Part shown: positions 1 through 7,414 of the stretch, piece by piece
Layout: every line of letters begins with the position of its first letter
Position numbering within the stretch: position 1 is the stretch's first letter
Assembly: GCA_018970465.1 (NCBI GenBank)
Contig: JAGWWI010000003.1
Coordinates: forward strand, 1 to 63,555
Direction of reading: 5' to 3'
Length of the DNA stretch: 63,555 nt
Origin: Patescibacteria group bacterium
GTDB lineage: Bacteria; Patescibacteriota; Minisyncoccia; Phycocordibacterales; Phycocordibacteraceae
Translations under genes and position numbers: made by a program
The notes under the pieces: model-generated
The model's input: only the letters and a program-made list of their open reading frames with translations
Told to the model about the DNA's origin: nothing
Databases searched by the model: none

Positions 1-1799
1 GCCGCTCCGCCTCGCGCGGCGGCGGCGCGGCGCGCAAGATCCAGCGGATCCTGCGGCGCCCCGGATCGCGGCCCGCCGCCGCCCAGCGCCCGACGGCCGA
101 CTATTACCCCGAGCCCGCCGGGCCCGACATCGTCCGCATCATCCCGCTCGGCGGGGCGGAGGAGGTGGGCCGCAACATGCTCGCCCTCGAGAACGGCGCG
201 ACGGGCGATATTATCGTCTTCGACTCGGGCTTCCAGTTCGTCTCCGAGGAGGGCGGCCAGGGCGTCGACTATCTCCTCCCGAATACCAAGTACCTCGAGA
301 AGAACGCGGAGCGCGTCGCAGGCGTCGTGATCACGCACGGCCACCTCGACCACATCGGCGGCATCCCGTTCCTCTTGCCGCGTTTCGGCACGCCGCCTAT
401 CTACACGCAGGAATTGACCTCCCTGATGATCAAGAAGCGCCAGGACGAATTCCCCGACGTGCCGGCGCCCGAGATCAACGTGGTCAAGGTGGGCGATACC
501 GTGACGATAGGCTCGACGCGCGTCACCTTCTTCCCCGTCACGCACTCGATCCCCGACTCGATGGGCTCCTCGATCGAGACGCCGCACGGCAACGTGGTGA
601 TCAGCGGCGACCTGAAGCTCGACCACGATGGCGAGAACCCCTCGGAGCGCGAGCACAAGACCTGGGGCGATGTCGGGAAAAATAAGAACATCTTCTTCAT
701 CGCCGACTCGACGAACGCCGAGCGCGATGGCTGGTCGATCCCCGAGAAGCGGGTCAACCAGACCTTGGAGGATATCGTCCGCACCGTGTCGGGCCGGCTT
801 ATCATCGGCACCTTCGCCAGCCAGTTCGAGCGCATGGTGATGATCATCCAGGCCGCAGAGAAACTCGGCAAGAAGGTCGTCACCGAAGGCCGCTCGATCA
901 AGACGAACCTCGAAATCGCCGAGAAGACCGGGCTCTTGAAGATCGACAAGGGCACCATCATCCCCGCCCAGGAGGTCGGCGACTACCCGCCGGACAAGGT
1001 CGTGGTCCTCTCGACCGGCGCCCAGGGCGAGCAATTCGCAGCCCTCATGCGCATCGCGACCGGCCAGCACAAGTTCATCACCCTCAACAACCGCGACACG
1101 ATCGTCCTCTCCTCCTCCGTCATCCCGGGGAACGAGATCAGCGTCCAGGCGCTGAAGGACAACCTCTACCGCTATGACGTGACCCTGATCCACTACCGCT
1201 CCTCCGACGTCCACTCGACCGGCCACGGCAACACGGGTGAGCTCGTCTGGATCAATAAGCAGGTGGGCGCGAAGTTCTTCATGCCCTACTACGGCTACCG
1301 CTCGATGACCACCTGCCACGCCAAGGCGATCGAGCAGGCGGGCACGCCGCGCGAAAACATCATCATCCCGGAGAACGGGCTCATCATCGACGTCGTCCGC
1401 GGCGAGACGCTCTCGATCCGCAAGGAGAAGGTCCCTTCGGCGGCGATGGTGGTCGACGGATTCACGATCGGCGACATGCAGGAGGTCGTGATCCGCGACC
1501 GGCAGGCCCTCGCCAAGGACGGTATGTTCGTCATCATCGCCTCGGTCAACATGAAGACCGGCAAGCTGCGCAAGTCGCCGGACATCATCTCCCGCGGCTT
1601 CGTCTATCTGCGCGAGAACCAGGAGCTCTTGAACCAGGCGCGCCTCCTCATCAAGAAGACCATCGAGGACTCGACGCAGGGCATGAACCCGGTCGACCTC
1701 GACTACGTCAAGAACGCGCTCTCGGACACGATGGCCGGCTTCCTCTTTACGAGGACCAACAAGGCGCCGATGGTGATCCCGGTCTTGATCGGGATGTAG
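1..1799 (+). CDS. rnj: Ribonuclease J (5'-partial; frame open to window edge)
   Basis: ORF 165..1799 continues in frame without a stop back to nt 3. The segment ..IVRIIPLGGAEEVGRNM is the usual RNase J N-terminus. Metallo-beta-lactamase HxHxDH motif ITHGHLDHIGG; overall length fits RNase J. Confidence 0.9.
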   Translation, partial: RSASRGGGAARKIQRILRRPGSRPAAAQRPTADYYPEPAGPDIVRIIPLGGAEEVGRNMLALENGATGDIIVFDSGFQFVSEEGGQGVDYLLPNTKYLEKNAERVAGVVITHGHLDHIGGIPFLLPRFGTPPIYTQELTSLMIKKRQDEFPDVPAPEINVVKVGDTVTIGSTRVTFFPVTHSIPDSMGSSIETPHGNVVISGDLKLDHDGENPSEREHKTWGDVGKNKNIFFIADSTNAERDGWSIPEKRVNQTLEDIVRTVSGRLIIGTFASQFERMVMIIQAAEKLGKKVVTEGRSIKTNLEIAEKTGLLKIDKGTIIPAQEVGDYPPDKVVVLSTGAQGEQFAALMRIATGQHKFITLNNRDTIVLSSSVIPGNEISVQALKDNLYRYDVTLIHYRSSDVHSTGHGNTGELVWINKQVGAKFFMPYYGYRSMTTCHAKAIEQAGTPRENIIIPENGLIIDVVRGETLSIRKEKVPSAAMVVDGFTIGDMQEVVIRDRQALAKDGMFVIIASVNMKTGKLRKSPDIISRGFVYLRENQELLNQARLLIKKTIEDSTQGMNPVDLDYVKNALSDTMAGFLFTRTNKAPMVIPVLIGM

Positions 1800-1826
1800 C
1801 CCCGAGCGCAGACAGGAATAGGAACG

Positions 1827-1861
1827 CACCACGGCTCGCCTCCGGCGAGCTGCGGTGTTTT
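1827..1861 (+). terminator. Terminator-like hairpin after rnj
   Basis: Arms cacc..gctcgcc / ggcgagc..ggtg with a 3-nt loop, followed by tttt, about 28 nt after the rnj stop. Confidence 0.5.
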
Positions 1862-2667
1862 CAGGCGATCATCCAGCCCCTCCCCTTTTTCGTAATCATC
1901 CCTTCCTTCGCGAGAGCCGAGAGGGCGGCGCGGAGCTGCTCGGTACGGTCGTCGCCCTTGAGCCCCAAGAGGCGCGATTCGGGCCGCGGGCCCTTCGCGA
2001 GCTCGCGCAACACCGCGCCCCGCGCTTCGCGTAGCGAACCGGCGAACGCGGATTGCTTCGCGTAGTGCGCGCTCCGCGCATTCACCCGCACGCCCGAGCG
2101 CTTCAGGTGCGCGCCGTAGTCCATCAGGGCCCAGTACCACTCCCCCGACTTCGCTAAAGCTGCGTCGGGCGCAGCGCGCTGTAACACTACTTCGATTTCT
2201 TTATCGCTCACCCTCTCTCTAGTTTTGAAAAAATGATGGATGACGGCCGTGCGGATATTGGTCTCGACGAACGCGCTCGGGTTGTTGTAGGCGAAGGCCG
2301 CGACCGCACGAGCGGTATAAGGCCCTACTCCAGGCAGCGCTTCGAGCTCCGCCACCGAGAGCGGCCCGCGCTTCTGCGCAAGCGCTGCCGCCGCCTCGCG
2401 GAGCATCTTCGCGCGGCGGTTGTAGCCGAGGCCGCTCCAGAGCGCGAGCACGTCCGCAAGCGGCGCGGCGGCGAGCTTTCGTGCAGTTGGATACCGCTTC
2501 GTAAACTCAGCGTAGAACGGGATTACCCGTTCTACCTGCGTCTGCTGCAGCATCACCTCGGAGACGAGAATCTTGTACGGGTCGCGCGTCTCCCTCCACG
2601 GCAAGTCGTGGCGCCCGTGCGCGCGGTAGTAGCGCCAGACCGTATTCCTAAAGCTCGTAAATGACAT
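1861..2667 (-). CDS. HhH-GPD DNA glycosylase, MutY/adenine glycosylase-like
   Basis: Internal ATG (MSFTSFRN..) of ORF 1861..2973; the upstream part of that ORF is a low-complexity shadow. Motifs YKILVSEVMLQQTQV and helix-hairpin-helix LPGVGPYTARAV. No C-terminal Cys4 Fe-S motif is visible. Confidence 0.7.
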   Translation of the reverse strand: MSFTSFRNTVWRYYRAHGRHDLPWRETRDPYKILVSEVMLQQTQVERVIPFYAEFTKRYPTARKLAAAPLADVLALWSGLGYNRRAKMLREAAAALAQKRGPLSVAELEALPGVGPYTARAVAAFAYNNPSAFVETNIRTAVIHHFFKTRERVSDKEIEVVLQRAAPDAALAKSGEWYWALMDYGAHLKRSGVRVNARSAHYAKQSAFAGSLREARGAVLRELAKGPRPESRLLGLKGDDRTEQLRAALSALAKEGMITKKGRGWMIA

Positions 2668-3340
2668 CCTTCCGCTCGACGACGATCTCCCAATTGCGCT
2701 TCTTGGCGTGGTCGTAGAGCGCCTGGTTGGGGTTGAAGGCGATCGGGCGCTCGACCGCCTCGAGCATCGCGATATCGCTCTCGGTATCGCCGACGGCGAC
2801 CGAGCCCGCGAGCGAGAGGGCCTCCTTGCGCACGGCGCGAGCGAGGATCGCCTGTTTGTTGAAGATGAGCTCCTTGTCTTCGATCTCGCCCGTGAAGTTG
2901 CCGGAGGCGCCCGAGGCGTAGAAGGTGCCGTAGACCTTGTCGAACTCGTGCTCGTAGCCGAAGCCGTCGACAATGAACTTGGGCGAGTGCGAGATGCCGA
3001 GGATGAAGTAGCCGTCCTTCTGCAAGCGCTTGATGAGGTCGCGCGTGTAGCGGTAGACGCGGTTCTTCTTCTCCTCGATCACCTCGCCCGCGATGTAGGA
3101 GACCTCGTCATAGGGCTTGCCTTTGAGCTCCGCGCCGAAGAGCTCCACCACCTTCGCGATGTACGCTTCGTAGTCGCCTTTGCGGTCGAGCCAGCGCTCC
3201 TCCTCCTTGGCGTAGCGCTCGCGCGCCTCCGCCGGGAAGACGCCTTTCTCGATGAGGCGCTCGACGAGCTCTATAAGGAGCGACGAACGGAATACCGTCC
3301 CGTCGATGTCGAAGGCGGCCACCCTCCTCCGTTTCTGCAT
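2648..3340 (-). CDS. HAD-superfamily hydrolase (HAD-IB/phosphoserine phosphatase-like)
   Basis: Start at MQKRRRVAAFDIDGT (HAD motif I, DxDGT). The later motif AVGDTESDIAML matches HAD motif IV. Overlaps the downstream glycosylase gene by 20 nt. Confidence 0.75.
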   Translation of the reverse strand: MQKRRRVAAFDIDGTVFRSSLLIELVERLIEKGVFPAEARERYAKEEERWLDRKGDYEAYIAKVVELFGAELKGKPYDEVSYIAGEVIEEKKNRVYRYTRDLIKRLQKDGYFILGISHSPKFIVDGFGYEHEFDKVYGTFYASGASGNFTGEIEDKELIFNKQAILARAVRKEALSLAGSVAVGDTESDIAMLEAVERPIAFNPNQALYDHAKKRNWEIVVERKDVIYEL

Positions 3341-3356
3341 CCGCCCATGGTACCGC

Positions 3357-4028
3357 TTATTTGGCCCGGGGCCAGCGGGTTGCGGCCTCTGGCCAGAGCT
3401 TGGTGAGGGGGTGGGCGGCGCAGTCGTGCGGGCGTGCGGGGCACTGGTAGCGGCCGTAGAGGACGAGTCCGTTATTGACGTACTTCCAGTCTTTCTTAGG
3501 GATAAGGACTTCGAGGTCTTTTGAAATTTTTTTGAGGTCGTTCGCATCCGTGAGGTCGAAGCGCTTGGCGAAGCGCTTCACGTGCGTGTCGGTCGCGATC
3601 CCCTCCCACTGGTCGAATAGTTCGCCGAGAATCACGTGCGCCGTCTTGTAGCCTACGCCGGGGAGCGTGACGAGCTCTTTTTCTGTCTTCGGCACTTTGC
3701 CCTTGTGGTCTTTCTCGATCGCTTGCGCCGCGCCGATGATCGCCCTCGCCTTGTTGCGGAAGAACGGGATCGACGAGAGCTCTTTGGTGAGCGTCGCCGG
3801 GTTCGTATGCGCGAAGTCCTGCGGGGTCTTGTACTTCTTGAAGAGGGTCGCGGTGACCCGGTTCACCACCTTGTCGGTGCACTGCGCCGAGAGCACCACC
3901 GCCGCGACGAATTGGAACGGCGTCCGGTAGTGCAATTCGCTCGCGGGCTTCGGGTACGCCTTCTTCAAGTAGCGGACGATCTTCGCCGCGCGCGCCCGCC
4001 GCTCTGCAAGCTTCGCCGGGGTGGCCAT
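3357..4028 (-). CDS. nth: Endonuclease III family DNA glycosylase/AP lyase
   Basis: HhH-GPD fold motifs: VLSAQCTD, LPGVGYKTAHVILG, and the catalytic region ATDTHVKRF. Confidence 0.85.
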   Translation of the reverse strand: MATPAKLAERRARAAKIVRYLKKAYPKPASELHYRTPFQFVAAVVLSAQCTDKVVNRVTATLFKKYKTPQDFAHTNPATLTKELSSIPFFRNKARAIIGAAQAIEKDHKGKVPKTEKELVTLPGVGYKTAHVILGELFDQWEGIATDTHVKRFAKRFDLTDANDLKKISKDLEVLIPKKDWKYVNNGLVLYGRYQCPARPHDCAAHPLTKLWPEAATRWPRAK

Positions 4029-4031
4029 ACG

Positions 4032-4513
4032 CTATTCGAAGCGGTCAAACGTGAACCAGGTCATGGTCCCGACCGGGATGCGGTACCTCTCCTCAATCAC
4101 GATGCGCGGATTCTCGAAGACTGCATCCTTCCAGTCGAGCCCGAGGCTCGCGGCGGCTTCCTTGAGCGCCTCCTCGCTCGGCCCCTCTATCTCCATATAC
4201 GTCGGTATGCGCGGCCAGGTATCGATGTCGAAGGTGAGTTCGCCGAGCTTGAACGAACGATCGTCTCGATCTCCTCGGTATCCGTCGCGGTATTGGCGAT
4301 GTGATGCTTATACGTGAGCACCGTCGTCCCGCGCTTCGTGCGCAGCCGCAGCAGCTTGCCTCCGTCATCTCGCCATTTGAAGTCTTTATCGTAGATGATG
4401 ACTTCTTCGAGCATATCCTCCCCTTCGTCCGTCGCGCCGAGCGCCGCCAGACGCCGCTTAAGATCCTCGGCATCTACTTCGAGAAAGCGGACTTCGATCT
4501 CCCGATTCTGCAT
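4032..4513 (-). pseudogene. CYTH-domain (CyaB-like class IV cyclase/triphosphatase) gene disrupted by internal deletion plus frameshift
   Basis: The N-terminal half is ORF 4187..4513 (EIEVRFLEV..). The C-terminal half (SFKLGELTFDIDTWPRIPTYMEIEG..FDRFE*) reads in another frame down to the stop at 4032. The 482-nt span is not divisible by 3. About 25 codons are missing relative to the intact paralog at 16504..17088. Confidence 0.6.
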
Positions 4514-4516
4514 ACC

Positions 4517-4990
4517 TTATGCGCCGAGCGCCCTGAGGTCGGCGACCACTTCGGCGGCGTGCGCCTCGGGCTTCACCTTCTCGTAGACCTTCGCGACCTT
4601 CCCTGCCGGATCGATAAGGAAGGACGCGCGCGTCGTGCCCATGTAGGTCTTGCCGTACATCTTCTTCTCGCCGAAGACGCCGTAGCGCCCCACGACCTCC
4701 TTGTGCGCATCCGCGAGGAGCGTGAACGGGAGGTTGAAGCTCGTCGCGAACTTCTTATGGCTTTCGACGCTGTCGGTCGAGACGCCGACCACCTCCGCGC
4801 CGATAGCGCCGAAATCGGCGAACTGGTCGCGGAGCCCGCACGCCTCGATCGTGCAGCCTGGGGTGTCGTCCTTGGGGTAGAAATAGAGCAGCACCCACTT
4901 CCCCGCATACTCTGCGAGGGAATGCTCGCGCCCGTCCTGATCCGGGAGCGTGAACGCGGGCGCCGCCGTACCGACCTTAGGCATCTCCAT
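4517..4990 (-). CDS. bcp: Thiol peroxidase / peroxiredoxin, Bcp type
   Basis: APAFTLPDQDG..YFYPKDDTPGCT (peroxidatic Cys motif). Start taken at MEMPKVG. TATAAT lies 7 nt upstream of that ATG. Confidence 0.9.
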   Translation of the reverse strand: MEMPKVGTAAPAFTLPDQDGREHSLAEYAGKWVLLYFYPKDDTPGCTIEACGLRDQFADFGAIGAEVVGVSTDSVESHKKFATSFNLPFTLLADAHKEVVGRYGVFGEKKMYGKTYMGTTRASFLIDPAGKVAKVYEKVKPEAHAAEVVADLRALGA

Positions 4991-5735
4991 GTGGCGGATT
5001 ATAGGCGATAAAGTCCGTTTCCGCAGCAGCAATCGTCTTCTCGAATATCTGCACGAAGAGGTTTAAATGCCGCTCTTTCGTGTACTCCCGGCGGCAAGCT
5101 TTGTAGAAACGCTCATATTTTTCTTTGCCGAATACGTCGATGAGGTAAGCACTGAACGCCCCAGCAAGACTATAGAAGTATATGGCGTACCAGTCGTCGG
5201 TTTCCAACCACGCTTCGTGCCGGAAAAATGTTTCCAACGGCGGGTAGAGCCTTTTATTGTATCCCTCCGCAACATAGATACGGTGGGGCGTTCCGTCCCA
5301 TGCACGACCGACCATGTGCTCCGCCAAGCCTTCCTGCAAGAAACCGAACGCAAGGCCCCACGGGAGCGACAGCAGGTGCGTATCCTCATGCGGACCGATC
5401 GGCTTGGTTTTATCGGTATATAACACATGGATTCTGAACTCATCGTAAATCGACTGGGCGTACCAGTCGTCGCCCATCAACTCCGTTTTAATCGCCTCGG
5501 TTGGGTAGAAAAAATATTCGATCCGCTTATTGGGAGGCGTGACTCCCAAGAAGGCGATGATTTTCATATAGCCATTCTCCTGCGTCTGCACAATGTGTCG
5601 GATGTCTTTCTCGGCCTCAGACCCCGGAAAAAAATTGAACTCGTAGTGTTCAGAGTATTCGGACACGAAGCGTGTGTCCGTTTCGAAGTTGTGCCTATAG
5701 TTCGGCAAGTGCTGGTCGTAGGCCATTGTCGCCAT
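4977..5735 (-). CDS. Putative zinc metallopeptidase (HExxH, MA-clan / Peptidase_MA_2-like)
   Basis: Internal ATG (MATMAYDQ..) of ORF 4977..6107. HEDTH (HExxH) is followed by FLQEGLAEH, resembling the gluzincin third-ligand segment. Lower G+C than the flanks. Lies directly downstream of the radical SAM gene. Confidence 0.55.
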   Translation of the reverse strand: MATMAYDQHLPNYRHNFETDTRFVSEYSEHYEFNFFPGSEAEKDIRHIVQTQENGYMKIIAFLGVTPPNKRIEYFFYPTEAIKTELMGDDWYAQSIYDEFRIHVLYTDKTKPIGPHEDTHLLSLPWGLAFGFLQEGLAEHMVGRAWDGTPHRIYVAEGYNKRLYPPLETFFRHEAWLETDDWYAIYFYSLAGAFSAYLIDVFGKEKYERFYKACRREYTKERHLNLFVQIFEKTIAAAETDFIAYNPPHGDA

Positions 5736-5750
5736 AATAGCGCACAAGAT

Positions 5751-5779
5751 GGGCCCCGCAGCGCGCTGCTGCGGGGCCC
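5751..5779 (-). promoter_or_regulatory. 12-bp perfect stem-loop between the radical SAM gene and the peptidase gene
   Basis: gggccccgcagc-gcgct-gctgcggggccc. No U-tract follows, so it may act as a processing or stability element or a weak attenuator. Confidence 0.4.
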
Positions 5780-5784
5780 ACAAA

Positions 5785-7098
5785 TCAATAGTTAAGCTTA
5801 AGCAAGCCTTCGTTGTACACTTTGATGAGAGGCTTCTGACAGAAGCGCTCCGCGCCGCCTCCAGGCCCTCCAGCGGCCACCATCGCATCGTGAATGCAGC
5901 CGCCACCGCATATGGGCAAGAAGGCGCATCGCTCTTGGATGCACTGGTCGGTGCGCCTCCACGACTCGAACCGTTCGTCCCGGAGATACTCTCCGGGAGT
6001 ATCTGCCACCGTACCGAAGTCATACTCCGCCCTCCCAGCTGTGCAAAAGCACTTTTGGAGCGCTCCGTCGGGCTGGAGGATGGCTGCGTGCTTCGCGATA
6101 GCCACACACCAAGGACCGGTCACAAACTCATCGGGAATCGCGAAGCCGTGAGCCTGCGCGACGGCCCAAATGGACACAGCCTTTTCACCGAGCGCCCGTT
6201 CCTCGTCCCAACGCAAGCGCGCGGGACGATCAAGCGTCGGAGTGATGAGGCCAAGGCTCAGATTCATCCGATCCTGGGCGCCCAAACTCGCGAGATATTC
6301 GATGAGTTCAGGGATGCGATCCGCATTTGCGTGATCAAGCGAAATGCGAATATCGACCTTCTTTATGTAATCGGTCGAGACGAGCATTTTGATCGCCGCG
6401 ATTACATTACAGAACGTCTGTCGCCCGTGTTTACCCGGGCGGCGCGCGTTGTGTATGTCTTCGGGACCATCGAGAGTGATTTGTACTCGTAGCCATTGGT
6501 GTGTCGACAGCATTTCTGCGGTCGCCTCATCCAAGAGTTCGCCGTTGCTAACGAGCTCCGTCCAGAAATCAAGGCGACGCTCGGCAGCGAGCGAATGTGC
6601 CGCCACAAGCCCTTTCTCGACAATGTCCTTCCGCAGGAGCGGTTCACCGCCGAAAAGCACGAGTCGGAACGCATCAATTTCTGGGTGTTGATCGAGGTAA
6701 TTCGAGAGCCATAGTCGAGTCGCGTCAATTACCTTGTCGGACATCCCCCGCATGCGATCTCCGCCATTCTCGAAACAGTAGCCGCAGGCAAGTTGGCACT
6801 GAATGGTCGGCAGGAAGTGGAGAATGAAGATGTGCGCCTCGTTATTGCGCCGCCCTACCAGACGTTCCCGCCACGCGGCGTACTCGTCGCGGTCGGCCGA
6901 CACAAGCAAGCCAACCTCTGGCTGCGCGAGTGATTGGATGGCGCTCGTAACTTCACCGCCAGAAAGCTGTCTTTCCAATTCGGCTTCATCTGTCACAGAC
7001 ATCCTCACCACTGCACCCGTAAGGGTGCTCTTTATCGCCACGGAATCAGCATCCACTGGAACGCGAATGTGGAAGTCGCTCCATTTGACCTTCGTCAT
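5785..7098 (-). CDS. Radical SAM / SPASM-domain peptide-modifying enzyme
   Basis: CxxxCxxC (CQLACGYC) lies about 100 aa from the N-terminus, with GGEPLL after it. C-terminal SPASM-like Cys pattern: CVAIAKHAAILQPDGALQKC (C-x13-G-x4-C) and CIQERCAFLPICGGGC. Strong SD: GAGGAGGattttgacATG. Confidence 0.9.
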   Translation of the reverse strand: MTKVKWSDFHIRVPVDADSVAIKSTLTGAVVRMSVTDEAELERQLSGGEVTSAIQSLAQPEVGLLVSADRDEYAAWRERLVGRRNNEAHIFILHFLPTIQCQLACGYCFENGGDRMRGMSDKVIDATRLWLSNYLDQHPEIDAFRLVLFGGEPLLRKDIVEKGLVAAHSLAAERRLDFWTELVSNGELLDEATAEMLSTHQWLRVQITLDGPEDIHNARRPGKHGRQTFCNVIAAIKMLVSTDYIKKVDIRISLDHANADRIPELIEYLASLGAQDRMNLSLGLITPTLDRPARLRWDEERALGEKAVSIWAVAQAHGFAIPDEFVTGPWCVAIAKHAAILQPDGALQKCFCTAGRAEYDFGTVADTPGEYLRDERFESWRRTDQCIQERCAFLPICGGGCIHDAMVAAGGPGGGAERFCQKPLIKVYNEGLLKLNY

Positions 7099-7123
7099 GT
7101 CAAAATCCTCCTCGGGGTCAGGT

Positions 7124-7149
7124 CACCCCTCGGCCAAGGCCGAGGGGTG
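7124..7149 (-). promoter_or_regulatory. Palindromic hairpin between precursor ORF and radical SAM gene (attenuator-like)
   Basis: cacccctcggcc aa ggccgaggggtg, located 10 nt after the precursor stop and 26 nt before the rSAM start. Confidence 0.45.
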
Positions 7150-7158
7150 TGTGATGGC

Positions 7159-7320
7159 CTAGTACCCGCAACCGTCCTTCCCAAGCTTTGGAATAAGTCC
7201 GAAGCGGCGATCCGGGTGACCGATCTTCACGATCTCAATCACCATTTGATCCGTGGCGCTATTTTCGCTCGGGCTTCGGACACCCGCAGGCGCTGGAGTC
7301 TCTATGTTGCTCGGTAGCAT
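7159..7320 (-). CDS. Candidate RiPP precursor peptide, 53 aa (MLPSNIETPAPAGVRSPSENSATDQMVIEIVKIGHPDRRFGLIPKLGKDGCGY)
   Basis: Hand-translated; it is below the 60-aa cutoff of the ORF track. Strong SD (GAAGGAGAAACTG-ATG). Lies immediately upstream of the rSAM/SPASM gene, co-oriented with it. Confidence 0.6.
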   Translation of the reverse strand: MLPSNIETPAPAGVRSPSENSATDQMVIEIVKIGHPDRRFGLIPKLGKDGCGY

Positions 7321-7414
7321 CAGTTTCTCCTTCAGTATGGCGGGTCGGTCACAGCGACACCCTCCGTGGCAGAGGACAACAGAAGAGCGAGAAGAATCAA
7401 CGAATCAATTTGCC

